A stretch of 63,957 nt of DNA, filler included, from Guillardia theta CCMP2712 (Eukaryota; Protista; Cryptophyta): NCBI RefSeq assembly GCF_000315625.1. It is 3 parts of 3 records of this genome, joined end to end, with 100 filler letters (N's around TTAATTAATTAA, not from the genome) between each part and the next. Parts side by side here need not be neighbours in the genome. Positions count along the whole stretch, not along the records: positions 1 to 31,459 come from NW_005434581.1; 2 more parts are not named here. The stretch is one strand, 5' to 3'. The position numbers were made by a program, and so were the translations under genes. A model generated the notes under the pieces. It worked only from the letters and a program-made list of their open reading frames with translations. It was not told the DNA's origin and did no database searches. Within the stretch, counting starts at the first letter, position 1, and every line of letters starts with the position of its first letter. Below, in pieces: positions 1 to 12,900 of this stretch.

Positions 1-1264
1 GCTGTTGCTCATAGCCGTCGCCGTCTGCTTCCTGTGCCTTCTCCCAGCCCGTCGCGCTCGGGCGAGGAGCTTGAGTCTTCGCTTCAACGACGCGATCTCA
101 TTCTGCTCTGCTGCCAAGCTTGTCGCCAGTGCTGTCTCGAGGACGAGCGAAGATGCTCCCTTCCCTCCTCCTGCTGCTGCTGCTCCCACTGCCCCTCCTG
201 TTCCTCCCCCTGCCTTCCCTCTGCTCTCCGTCCTTGTCTGTGCAGCTCCTGACCCCGTGTCAGAAAAGCACCACCACCACCACCACCACCACCACCAGCA
301 CCACCACCTCTACCAGCAGCACCAGCAGCAGTACCTGTCTGAGGTGGGGGATGCAGGGAGGAAACCAGGCGAGACATCTGCTGCTGTTGGAGCAGCTCAG
401 AAACGCTCAACGGGGGAGGAGCAGACCTTAGCCTCCTCTAGCCTCCGCTCAGTCTGCTGGATGAAATCCTCCTGCATGACCTGCTCGGGTTGTCACTGCT
501 CGCATGCTCGCAAGCTCCTTGCAACGAGCTGCGACGCTACACAGCACGCGGCATGCAAAGACCGAGGGAGAACAATCGCAAGTGCTCGATCCATTCGCAG
601 CGATCACAAGGCACAGAGGATGATTTGGGAAAGGACAGGAAGGACGGAGGTAGAGAAAGGACGGGAGGGAGGGAGGGAGGGAGGGAGGGGGAGGGAGGGT
701 GAAAGGGGGGGGGCAACGGGAGGGAGGGGAGGAAGTCGAGGAGTGGAGGCAGGGGAGGCAGGGGATGGGAACGAGGCACAACGAGAAAGGGTTGATAGCT
801 GTCGACATCACCTCCTTTGCCTGCAGGGAGTTCAATCTGTTCCGAGTCTGCTGGGTCTGCTGCTGTACACTCTGGCGATGAACAACACCAGCATCACACA
901 CCCGGATCCAAGGCGTCAGCATCATAAACCTGCAAGACACCCCGCGGATCTGTCTTGACTGCTGTCTTGACTGTCTTCCATGGAACAAGTTTGTTTCCGA
1001 CCCGGTAAGTTGTGTAATGCTTCGGGGGCGGCCTTGCCTTTGGGAGGCAGTCGTCAAGTTTCACGGCCTGCGGTAGATGGATGAGGGAGAGGCAAGAGAA
1101 GGGCGAGAGGAGACCTGAGTCGCACAGAGATCAGCATTCTCAGCAAGAGCAACATCGTCGTTGTTGAACGAGTCCTTCTCGCCCCCATACAGCAGGGTGG
1201 AGGAAAGCAAGACGCAGCATGCAGCGAAGACGCTGAGCGGGATCAAGAGCTTTCCTCCGGCCAT
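1..1264 (-). CDS. Hypothetical multi-exon protein, runs off the window edge
   Basis: ATG at 1264 is followed by a hydrophobic signal/anchor-like stretch (MAGGKLLIPLSVFAACCVLLSSTLL). Further minus-strand coding-looking segments (QQQTQQTRNRLNSLQ; ALATSLAAEQNEIASLKRRLKLL) are separated by simple-repeat-rich intervals. The exon structure is not resolved. Confidence 0.35.
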
Positions 1265-1440
1265 GGAGTTGGGATGATGTCAAGAACTCTTCACTTCACT
1301 TCTTTCCCTCTCGTTGACCAACAAGTCCATCCTCCCCATGGGCTTGAGATTGGTTCCGATGCCTGCAAACATCACTGAGGTATTGAAGGAAGAGGGCATC
1401 ACGAGAGGATCGGCAGACAAGGAGGGAGGATGAAACATGG

Positions 1441-1660
1441 CGCTACATCTACTACATCTACACCTAGTCGAACTACATCTACATCTACTTCTACTACATC
1501 TACATCTACTCGAGCTGTATCTACTTCTACTACATCTACATCTACATCTACATCTACTCGAGCTGTATCTACTTCTACTACATCTACATCTACATCTACT
1601 CGAGCTGTATCTACTTCTACTACATCTACATCTACATCTACTCGAGCTGCATCTACATCT
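1441..1660. repeat. Compound (TCTACA)n microsatellite with higher-order units containing CTCGAGCTGTAT
   Basis: Directly visible; it generates several spurious ORFs. Confidence 0.9.
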
Positions 1661-2257
1661 CCTTCCCCTCTCTGCTGCATCCTCTGTCGTCGCTTCTCGC
1701 CATCTTTCACCCTGCACTGCCTTCCCTACCCCTCAAGCCTCCATGACTCATCGCCTGCTCCTCATCCCCCCACATGCCGTCACTGCGGCCGGCCAGCTGG
1801 CGGCCGGCCGCCGGCTGGGCCGCCGGCGCCGCGCCGGGCTTCCGAGGCCCGTACGGTCCGTCGGAACTCAGTTCGTGACCGTGACCGGGCCGTGACTGGG
1901 AGTCACGCCGGGCGGCCCGGCCGGCCGGCCGCACTCGAACTTCGAAGTTGGCCAGTTGGCCTGTTGTCAGTACAAATCATGACGAGTGCAAGACTGCCGA
2001 CTCGAGTCAGTCACTGAGTACAACTTGAATAACGGTACAGGCTGGAGTACGCAGCGGCTTCGCAGTTTATGATACATAGCCGCATAATAAGTTACAGTGG
2101 CACTGACTTGCTAGTTAGTTTCAAGTCACAGGCTTACAGTCTACTAGTGCATGACGGTCAATCGCTGCTCTCCATGTCAACGTCTGAATGAAGTGGAGAA
2201 TGAGTCTGTTGGGTCGTTGAAGCGGCATCAATCCTTCTTCCCCTATACAACACAAAG

Positions 2258-4868
2258 TCAGTCACTGTCCATTGCAATGTAACATGTCCGTGACACGCAC
2301 CGCCGTACACCTTCGTTGGCAATATCGTTCCTCTTCCTCTTGTTCTTTCGACCTGTATTGCTCCGACATAACCTTTTGTACATAGTCGTGTATGAAAGCT
2401 CAGTGAATCTTTCTCTCTGTTTTTTCCATGCATTCGGTCCATACTTTTCCTTGACAAGTTCAACGTAACCATGATTGAAGCACTCTGAATAGTTCTCATG
2501 GTTGATCCCAATATCAGTACTCAAATTTGCAAGTCTTCTGCCCATTCCCTCGATGGCCAACATGACTGCTTTGGCTTTGCAAAGATTCTTCTTCATGTTG
2601 GAACACACTAGATCTGTTCCTTCCAACCGTTTGAGTGGACCAATACGCTTCCATTCTCCATCGATCTTCTCCTCTTGCCCTAGGTGCCATTTCTGCCACA
2701 TACTTTTGCACGGCGTTTTCTGAGGGAAAATAAAACCTTGAGGTACAGGATGTTCCATTCCCCCCCATGTAAACGTTTCGCCTTCAATCAGTATGCCTGT
2801 CCTGTCGTTAATAATTGGCAGTTCCCCTCCACCCCCTCTCCCTGTCAGTTCCTGAGGACCATGCATCCTTCTCGACGTCTGAAGTCCTTGCGTGATTTCA
2901 CTGAATCTTCTATTCATCATGGTTTTCATATCCTCCCGCAGCTTTTCCAAACCTCTATGAGCTAGTGGAATGGCTCCGTTCACCTCAAAGTTTCTAATGA
3001 TTAACTGGTAAATGTCTTGCGGTAGCGAAGTTGAAACACTCATCACTGTATCCTGCAACAGCTTTGTTCCCTGTTCTTGACTCTCTCGCAGCTTTCTGAT
3101 TTCAGCCACATTCATCACGTGCATCGGAACTCCAGTGCAGGTCATACCGCATTCTTCGCATTCCCCGCGACAAAAGCTGATATGATGCTCTTTCAACTCT
3201 TGTAAAAATTGCATTGTTCTTGAGCCTTTTACTGCAAAAACAGGTGAACCCCATAGGAAGTGGTGACTTGGAAACATGTCTTTGAGACGGTCCAAATGGT
3301 ACACTATCTGCGCAAGGAACATTGGTAAACATCTCTTGTAGCTGTCCGGGAACGTGTCGTACCCATCAATGAACTTGTGCATACCAATATCGTAGATTCT
3401 TGCCAGACCTTCCCTGGTGAAATGAGGAGGTAAAACATCGAAATTCTCGCTCTTTGTGTTGTTCCCTGCTAGAATACGCCCACAGTATTGATCATTGCCT
3501 GGTTCCACTGTTCCAATGCACCTGTCCTTGGAGTTACCTGGTCCTCCCGGAATGCCTAGTAGATGCGTCACGCTCCCCTTTCTGAAACTGTGCGAACCTG
3601 CACATTTAAAATCTCAGTCTCAAGATTTCACTCCCAGGCTAGCACTTACCAACGTCCCTCCATACTTCCTCCTGCATGCCCTCTGTGGACAATACTCTTC
3701 TCAAGACTTGACCAAACCTCTGCTTCTGGTCGTTTCCCAGAAAAAATTTGGTGTGACATGTCCTCATTCTGGTTTGGGAAAACGCATACAAAGCAATGGC
3801 CAGGATAGGACAAGACATAGGTTTGTTGGGTGCTGCAAATATGTGCCTTGTTCTCGGAGAAAAAATGTCGGCGTCAACACCCCCTTGGTCCATCTTGGTC
3901 TTCAATATCGTCAGCTTCAAGCAGTCGTTCTCCCAATCAAAGTGTTCCAGATGTAGAATGTCTAATATTTCGCTTGTACAGCAACAGTTCCACATGATCG
4001 TGGTAGCAGCAAATCCGAACAAGCTTGTTGATCCTATCTCTCGTGCCATAGTATCTGAACGTATCTGGGTCATCTTTTCACAAATAATTCCATACTCTCT
4101 CACTGCCAAGACACATTCGCCTTCTTTTGATTTCATCACTCCCGTGGATTTCTTTTGAGTAACTACCCTTCCATAGCCTTTGATCAGTCGACTGAGCCGG
4201 TCGTTTAACGTACTACCCGATGGCATTCCAGTCGCGTCAAAAGCAACATTTCTGTCTCTGTAATATGCTTTCAAGGCACTCTTGTACCCCTTCAGTGCTC
4301 CTAACGACAGCGTTCTCTTGCTTGCCTGGTATCCTGAAATGTCCTCGTTATCATGCTCGTGTACGTTATGCGGATCATCCTCCTGCTTTTCCTGCTCTTC
4401 CTGATCTCCGTCTTCCTGATCTCCGTCTTCCTCATCTTCGTCTTCCTCATCTTCGTCTTCCTCATCTTCGTCTTCCTCATCTTCGTCTTCCTCATCTTCC
4501 TGCTCTCCCTCAGGCTCTTGACCTTCGTTATCATCTTCCTGATCTTCATCAGTTCCCGCTATCCCATCTCTACTCTTGGACGATCCTCTTCTCTTTCTAG
4601 ATTTTGGTAAGTCAGTATTGGTGACAAGGTCTCCAAACAAACTCTTCAAATCTTTCCATGCCATTGGGAGTATCAATTCGCCGTTCTCGTCGACAGCCCT
4701 GGGATTCACTTTGAGTAAGAGACGCACGATCCTATTGATCTTGCATCGGTAAACTTTCTTTGTACTATCAGCGATGACTTTGTTCTCTATCAGGTCAAAT
4801 GCCCTTTCTTGTCGTCGTCGTCGCTCCTCCGACATCATGACATGATTTGCTCTGATCAGGGGTTGCAT
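2258..4868 (-). mobile_element. Crypton-type tyrosine recombinase gene, 2 exons (4868-3650, 3597-2258; ~852 aa), catalytic residues apparently altered
   Basis: A 52-nt GTAAGT...TGCAG intron (3649-3598) joins the two ORFs and creates DVG-SHSFRKGSVT (HxxR motif). Other Crypton-like motifs are GYKSALKAYY, W-N...HFDWENDCL..KTKMDQ, RHIFAAP..P.SCPILAIALY, DQYCGRILAG, LPPHF, LAQIVYH, CTGVP and a C-terminal 'WGG.EHPVPQGFIFP..MWQKWHLG..IGPLKRL' domain. The start codon is the first ATG and is uncertain. Confidence 0.85.
4405..4500 (-). repeat. 15-nt coding repeat giving an acidic DEEDE/DQEDG insert in the Crypton protein
   Basis: (CTCATCTTCGTCTTC)n on the + strand, in frame within ORF 3639..4994. Confidence 0.85.
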
Positions 4869-6184
4869 TTTTCGTAGTTTTCGTTCTGGGGTGGTCGGTG
4901 GATCAAAGGGGTCCAACCCCTGTGATTCTCTGATGATAAAGGGGTTGGGGTACCGAAAGGGGGTAGGGTATACAAAAATGTTACTCAATGTCACTATGAG
5001 TCAGCCTACCTTCTTGAGAGTCAGCCAAAAATATATTGAAACTTCCATTTTCTCCGGCGGCCCGGGAGTCCGGTCACCTGGTGCCAGCCCGCCGCGGGCG
5101 GCCGGGCCCGGCCGCCGGTCAGGGCGGATCGGACTCGCTAGTGAGTCCCGGACTTCGGGACTCCGGAGCCCGGCGGGCCGGGATGGGCCGGAGTCCGATC
5201 CCGAGCCGTGGGCTCACGGCCGGACCGTAGGCTACAGTACGGCGTGCCAGGCATCTCGCAATACTCGGAATGTATCGTACTTCAAGTAAAGTCACTCATG
5301 GCAGACTCAGTCGATGACTTCACCGGCCCGCGTGGGCCGGACTCGGCGGCGCACTGCGCCGCGGCAGTGCGCACACGGTGGCACCGTCTCAGTGTGACAC
5401 TGGCAAGCCATACCATTCGGTCGTCGGAGATCGGACTCAGCGGCGGCCGACACCTGAAAAAGCATCATGGCATGCAAAGATGACCAACAAAAGGGTAATG
5501 AAAGCCACGGCCCGGGTGATTGCAGAAAACTTCAAATGTGCAACTCCTTTTCCGAAGTTCTGCGACTCCGTGAACCGTTGAACAGACCGCCGAGCTTTCG
5601 AACTTGAAGCCAAGTTTCTCTCATACTACGTGACTTTGCGAAATAGACTTACACTGGCACAATTTGGGTGATCGTCAAATGAGGGGAAAAATGGGCTTCA
5701 GGCGATGCAGAGTCCTACGGGAATCAGCAGGACGAAGGGCAAGCAAAAAAAGACGAGTCGAAGAAAAGGATGATGGAATTGAACAGCTTCCTGGTGGCCA
5801 TGGAGCAAACCGTGTAAAAGTGAGGGAATTGTTTGTCATGAAACTTGTGCAGTCTACATCAGAACTGATGTCATATTGAAAGGATTGAAGAACTGCTTAT
5901 CGAAAGGATGCGGAGACTGATAGGGGTGAAAACGGTTCAGACGCCACTACCCAACAAATCACCCAGCGATGCCACCGTGAACCTGTTGTCTGCACAGAAC
6001 ATCGGTATATTGAACTTGAAAGTAAAAACTTGACAATTGGCTGAAACTGTTGTTTATAACTTGGAAGTTTTTAAGAACATCAGGAACTGTTGCTTTGTCG
6101 ACAGGAAGTTGTTCATGAGAAATAAGCAGGGAATACAATACAAAAACAGGGCTCCTCCATAGCACGAGTTAACTAAACAACCAT

Positions 6185-6634
6185 TCATCGATGCTCAGAA
6201 CCAATGTCGGACAAGAAGGAGTTGATCCTAACTGGACAGACCAGCCACCCGTGGTCGTCAAAGGTTCCTTCACACTTGCTGTCCTCTTGACTTAACATGT
6301 TGTTTTGACAGCTTTGCAGATCCGATGGATGGGGGCTATCTTCCATGGAGCTAGAGTCTCTCTGTCCATCATGCGATTCGCTTGCCCTCTGTGTGCTGGG
6401 CTCGCTCTCTTCCTCAAGTGTTTCCGTCACATGCCTCCATGTTCGCCGGTTCCAGATATCGCGCACAGCTTTCGGGGTGATGCCATACTTGTTGGCGAGG
6501 ATTCGGCTCTGCGAAGTAGGACACCATGTACTCTCTGCTGGGAAGAGGACGCGCACCTGAAAGATGTCACGGGCAATTCGATCGTCTATGCGAGCTCGTC
6601 GCTTGACCACCAGGCGCTCGGACGAGGAGGACAT
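6185..6634 (-). CDS. Small intronless helix-turn-helix protein (~149 aa)
   Basis: ATG at 6634. The motif 'RARID..IARDIF...SRILANKYGITPKAVRDIWNRRTWRHVT' resembles an HTH family I recall as expanded in cryptophytes. It is followed by a low-complexity tail. Confidence 0.6.
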   Translation of the reverse strand: MSSSSERLVVKRRARIDDRIARDIFQVRVLFPAESTWCPTSQSRILANKYGITPKAVRDIWNRRTWRHVTETLEEESEPSTQRASESHDGQRDSSSMEDSPHPSDLQSCQNNMLSQEDSKCEGTFDDHGWLVCPVRINSFLSDIGSEHR

Positions 6635-7906
6635 TCCAGGCGCGCGGCCGCTACAACTGACTGGAATCTCCAAACAATCTCCCCGTAGAAGTTCGCACAA
6701 TATCTCGCAACGATTCGCTCTCTGGCTATAAAAAACACAACGTTTCGCCCTGCTACGACCTTGAGATAAAACAATCTTGTAAAGCTGTTTCCAAACTTCT
6801 TGCGAATTGTTTTCGAAAGATTTGAAATGTTACGTTTTGGATTCAACATATTTCACTGGGTGCAAGCACACGACCTTGTACACGGAAAAGACCTATCAGT
6901 TGCGACTAATCAACTTGGCAACATATAGCGAATCCGTAGTTGGTATTTCAAATTTTCTGCGAGAATTTGCAGTGATCGATTCATTCTTTCGGTCGAGGGG
7001 CGTAACTTCACCGTTTACTACCGTACTGCCAGGATAGTTCGAGACTCGGTCGGACGCCCGGCCGTTTCGCTGACGGTTATAACGGCGCGACCGTGACTGA
7101 GTCCTGGGGCCCGGCCGGGCCGCACCGTGACTGGCCGGGCAGTGAAAACGAGTCGCTCGGACTCTGAGTCCGGGAACCGGCCGCACCGCCGTGGCCGTGG
7201 CCGCGGCCAACTTTCACGCGGCCCGGGTGGCACCGTCCGACCGTACTGACCGGCCCCGGGCGACCCGGCGGCTTCCGAAGTTCGGCGAGGCAGTAGACTC
7301 CCGTAAGCATTTCAAGATTAATAAAATGCGAAATACTAGGCTAAGGGCCGTAGGCTACTCAGCGGCGTCCGAAGCCAAGTTTTCCAAGTTTACCAGTCGC
7401 AATACTCAGTTAAAATTGTCACAGTGAACAGTGGTGCTTGAAGCGAATTGTTACTGCGGCGGCACTGTGAGCTTGGCAACCTTCACTGTATGAACCGGGT
7501 GCGGCCAGGCACAAAGGTGAACGCCGTACGGTCCGGCGGATTGCAAGTTGTCCTGTTCGACTCGCGCACGGAGCTTCGAGCCTGGAAAACTTGAGCAGAG
7601 AAAGCCAGTGCGCTTCACAAGATAAAACTAACTCGCGATGAACTCGATCATAGAACTGAATGCATAAATGTCATCTTTGTTAGCGCAGTTCCGCTCGTCG
7701 CTTCCGAAGTTCTCTAATGAACTCGAATTCTCCGCTCGCAACTTAACGTCGATGAAGAACCTAGTATACACAACAGGAAGCTGTACATCTTGAATTGACA
7801 TATCGGCAACAGCTCCGTCGGAATATTTACACCAGTGATGAACTGAAGTGCACAGTTAGGGAAAGGGTATCGAACCTAAGAGCATCATACCACTTGAGAA
7901 GAATGC

Positions 7907-8691
7907 CTAGTCCTCGTCCATTTTTCCAGCTGGTTCATCATCATCATCATTGTCATTTGAATCCATTCCACTATCCTCTTTGTCGTCGTCTTCTTCCTCT
8001 TCTTCCTCTTCTTCTTCATCTTCGAACCTGATGTCTGTGGCATACATCTGAACATACTCCTTGATCTTGCTCGCGTATTTCTCAGGATCTCGAATCATCA
8101 AGGCTGCAGCTTCGCCATTGAGAGGATCCGTGGGGTTGGGATACGTCAGGAGCTGAGGCAAAATACTTCGAAAACATTGATCAAATCTGCACCCGGTGTT
8201 ATCAAGGTGCTTCGAAAATCTAACATAGAGTGAGCATACCAAACATCGGACTCCAAGATTGGTTGATGACATCTAGACAGACCGATCCAGACCTGTACAA
8301 TACCATTCAAAGGAAGAAGACATCGAATGCAGGAAGTGAAACATACATCTCGTCGACATTGGGATGGTACATGCGGTTCACAAAGCCGATGCTCGGAGAC
8401 TTGTACGGATAGTTCACAGGAAGCTCCACGTGAACTTTCCAGGTTCCTCCCTCATAAGGGGCTGTAAGCAAACACGAGGATGTCAGTCAGGGCATGTCTC
8501 GACGTAGCAGACTATCACTGTCTTTCGGCCCGTTGAACTTGACATTGAACTCAGACATGTTGTCCTTGACCATTTGCACTTCATGGTCGCTCATCATGCT
8601 GTAAAGGCATCTATCAGCATCACTCTTTCAATTTCAGGTGCAATTACAGCTTCATCAGATCCATTTCTCGTCGCTTGGATGGTGACGACAT
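7907..8691 (-). CDS. UBE2H: Ubiquitin-conjugating enzyme E2, UBE2H/UBC8-like, 5 exons
   Basis: Spliced translation reads [15 protein letters not shown]|MMSDHEV..FNGPKD|[38 protein letters not shown]|[17 protein letters not shown]|[30 protein letters not shown]. It has the HPN motif, the active-site Cys and an acidic tail. Confidence 0.93.
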
Positions 8692-9949
8692 GACTGTTGC
8701 TGCCTAGTGCGGAAGTACACTCTGCATCACAACAGTCAGGCCTGAGCACAAGATAGAGCGAAAGAAGAAACTAGCTGTTCAAGTGACTTTAAATGATGAA
8801 CATCAACAGGCATATCATGGTATCATGGTATCGTCAGGCCAAAAAGGATGCTCTCGGACAACACAGCAAAAAAAATGAAAAAATGGTTGCCATCATTTGC
8901 AGTTTCAGGCGCAGAAGGGAAGGATGAGCATGTAATCTAGACAGCGCGCTGATGAGACAGGGGCCAGATGATTTTCAGAACAAGTCCCATCAACGAAAAT
9001 GCTTTGTGTAAAACAAAAGTATTGTTGCAGCCGGTTGAGTCGGATCTGCAACAAACTCTTCGTCTCAAGAACCTCGACCATGGAACAAGCACTGAGAAAA
9101 GGAGAATCCATGGCTTCACTCGCCCGTCCTCATCCTCCCGGTTGTCATCTCGCTATTCCTCCTCACTTCTGCCGACTCATCACAAATCCGAACAAACAAT
9201 CCCCGAGTTGCAACAAACCGTCGCAACATGATTTTTACTTTGCTGTTCTCACCAACACACTCGTTTCATCGCTTTCTAGCCCTTACATATCCTCTCTCAA
9301 CCTCATCTTCTACCATTCAACTCTATTTCTCTTTCATCTGAGGGTTTTTTTTTATCTTTTTTTCGTTTTTTTTTCTCACAAGCCCCTACGCGGCAAATCT
9401 GTTGATGTTGACCGTACTCCTTCCCCAACCCATTATATGATTTTAGTTAAATAGGATTCTGATACAAAAATATTTAGATAATTGTTCAAATGGTTATTTA
9501 ATTTCCCTAAGAAATTTGATTGACTATTAAATATCAATAGTTTATTATAATAAATAGTACTAAAGAGTTTTAGCTGGCTGAGAAGGCTGGCATCCGCCCG
9601 GCCGCACTGTCACATTGCCATCAGCACTACGACCGGGTACTGATGCTCAAGTTGCCGGGCCCGGCAGCACTGAGCTGAGTGTCCCGCCGGCTGAGCCGCC
9701 GGCCCGACGGTTCAGTGAGGCCTGCGGCCCCCGGGCCGCCGAACTTCCGAGCCTAGACGCTACTTTGCTCTGAGTTGTCGCACAGGCCGCCCCGGCAGGC
9801 CATACGGCTCAGTTCAGTGCCGTGACGCAGTGGCACCGTGACTGAGGGCGGTCCCGAGCCTCGGACTCAGTCCGGCGGGGCTGGTGACCGAGTAGGCTGA
9901 AGGATGGATCATGATAAAAGTGAAGTGACAGTACCATACAGTGTACTGG

Positions 9950-12900
9950 CAAGTCAGACAAGAACGCCCTGAAAGGCGTGAAAGTTTTCCCCTCCCCCTC
10001 CTCTCTCCTCGTCCTCGCCCCCCTCCTCGATCGGCTGGTCGTTGCCTCCGTCCTCGTCTTGCCAGCGGGTGTCGGGACTTCCGACCTGACAGGCGACGAT
10101 CAACGCACAAGCTCGACGACTGCAGGACATGCGACATGTGACAGTGAAAGGGAGCGAAGAGGAGGAGGACGAGGAGGACGAGGACGAGGAGGTGATGGTG
10201 GTGGACGGTACGAGGCGGGGGCAAAACGAACAGGATCAAGGAGGAGTGACGAGGAGGGGGTACGAAGAGGAAGAGGAGGAATAAGAGGAGCCAAGCTCCA
10301 GCACCTACCGATGGCTGGGTGTTGGGGCTGCCCATCTTCTCGACGAGAGGAACGAGCGCACGTACCAGTCGAGCCTAGAAGAGAATTCGTCAGACACCCC
10401 TCCTCGTCCTTGTCCTCGTCCTCGTCCTCGTCCTCTTCCTGCTCGTCCTCATCCTCGTCCTCTTCCCCCTCGTCCTCATCCTCCTCCTCCTCCTCTTCCT
10501 CCTCGTCCTCATCCTCGTCCTCGTCCTCCTCGTCCTCTTCGTCGTCCTCTTCGTCGTCCTCTTCGTCGTCCTCGTCCTCGTCCTTCCTCGTCCTCTTCCT
10601 CGTCGTCCTCGTCCTCGTCCTTCCCTCGTCCTCTTCCTCCTCCTTGTTCCTTCTCCTCGTTGTGTCCTCTTCTTTCCTCCTCCTCCTCCTCGTCCTCGTC
10701 CTCGTCCTCCCACCCCCCTCTCTGTTGCTGCTAGGCCGTCACCTGCTTCACGTCAAAGACGCTCGCTCGGTTTGGTGTCCAGTCCTCGTCACGCTGGGGA
10801 AGAGCAGGAGGAGCAGGAGGAGCCTGTTGATGAAGAGCAGAACAGGAACAGAAGGTGAGTTCATGAGCACACAGACATATCAACAACTTCTACCTCCTCC
10901 TCCTCCTGCTGCTGCTGCTGCTCCTGCTGCTGCTCCTGGTGCTCATCTTTTCTGCTCCTGCTCTCTTCAACTTGCTCGGCGGCAACGTCGTCAGATCTCC
11001 GGAGTTGCTTCTGCAGCCGATACAACTTGTCGTTGGTGGATTGCAGCTGGGCAGAGAGGTAGTCACAAAGTTCCCGCTGATGCTCGAGATCCTTGCGGAG
11101 GAGGGCGGAGGCTTCTTGGTCAAGAATCCTCTGAGATTGCAGATGACGTCTGGACGCTTCCCAGTCGTGCTTCTCCTGCTGCAGCAGCTGCAGCTGCTCT
11201 TCGACCTTGCAGAAGTCGTCGTGCAGCTGGTTGAAGCGAACGTCTTCCGTCTGCAGCTGCACTGAGGAGGAGGAGCGAGGGGGGGCGCGAAGACACTGGG
11301 AGGAGGACAAAGTTGTAAGAAACAACAAAAAGAGAGAGCAGAAGATAAAATACCTTACACGTAGCCCATACATGAAAGCAAAGCAACTTGCAAGCATTGT
11401 CTGACAGCAAACATCCCCTATAAACATTCTGCATGATGTATGTGGTGACCTCCAAGTATACAATCCAATATCTGAACGCCCTCCCCTCCTCCCGTCCTCG
11501 TATCCGCCCTACTGCCTTCCCCAGCGCTGCTCGCCGCCACCCCTCCTCCCTCGTCCTCTCCGCCCACGCCCCGAACGCCCTCCCCTCCTCCCGTCCTCGT
11601 ATCCGCCCTACCGCCTTCCCCAGCGCTGCTCGCCGCCACCCCTCCTCCCTCGTCCTCTCCGCCCACGCCCCGAACGCCCTCCCCTCCTCCCGTCCTCGTA
11701 TCCGCCCTACTGCCTTCCCCAGCGCTGCTCGCCGCCACCCCTCATCCCTCGTCCTCTTTGCCCAAATCTTGATTACGGTCTTGCTTGTTTTGCGTTTTAG
11801 GGTTTTCCAGTTTGATTTCAGGTCGTCCCTCCGTGTTTTTATCAGTTTTGTGTGATTTACCCATGATGTCACCAACATTAGTTTTGTTCTTGTTGTTTGT
11901 TTCGACAGAATGATTTCAGTCTTTCTTTTGCTTGTTCGGCTTTCATCACATTGTTGCGACCATATTGCCAGAATCCGTTTCTTGATTTTTCCCTCTTTGC
12001 GATGTTTCAACCTTTCGTTCTTCTGTTTTCTGTTCTTCTTGTCCTTTATACCCCGAATCCACAAACTCACCGCCTTGTCAAGGCATGATTGCTTCAATTT
12101 TGTCACCATCATCTCACTCATCTTTCTCATTCTGGTCCCCCGAACAATGCTGTCGGACTTCCCTTGGCGAACAGTCTTCTCTACCTGTACAACTCAAGCA
12201 TCACGCAACCCACCTTGAACATGTTCAGCATCCCACCTGACTCCTGATCTTTGAGATGCTATCACCCGCAGCCTGCTCCAACGACTCAAACAGTGTATTC
12301 ATCACAACCCTGACCTCTCTCCTCCCTGTCTCCTTCCTCTATCCTTCTTCTCTCCCTCCTCCCTCCCTCCACCCTCCCTCCTCCCTCCCTCCTCCTTCTC
12401 CTCACCCCCGACGGCGCTGCTGCCCTCGGAGTTCCTCGGAACTCCAACACAATCTCTGGAGGCGTCTGCTCAGACATGATCAGCAGCAGGGAACATACAG
12501 CACACCAACCTGGCAGCAAGCGTTCTTCTTGTAGGTCGCCCCAGTCTCCCTCGTGGCAGATTTCTGACTCGCCATCGTCCTCCGCCTTCCGACCTCAGCT
12601 CCTTGACATGAAGCAGTCAGCAACACGAGGAGTTTGACTTTGAACGCAAGGAGATTGACTTTGAGCACAAGGAGATTGACTTTGAAGACAAGGAGAACCC
12701 GAGGACTATTGGCTTTTGATACAAGGAGTTTGATTTTGAAGACAAGGAGTTTGACTTTGAAGACAAGGAGTTTGACTTTGAAGACAAGGAGAACCCGAGG
12801 ACTATTGGCTTTTGATACAAGGAGTTTGACTTTGAAGACAAGGAGTTTGACTTGGGACACAAGGAGGTTGACTTTCACTTCACAACCTTCCTGTTTTGTC

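Noticed and set aside
3571-3660. Programmed frameshift or two separate genes in the Crypton
   Set aside because: A canonical 52-nt GT-AG intron restores one frame and creates the HSFRK motif.
1780-5460. Terminal inverted or direct repeats delimiting the Crypton
   Set aside because: Both flanks are CpG-rich, but I could not find an alignable terminal repeat by eye.
11474-12875. CRISPR-like arrays (99-nt and 21-nt repeats)
   Set aside because: The repeats are contiguous with no unique spacers, there are no cas genes, and the context is eukaryotic.
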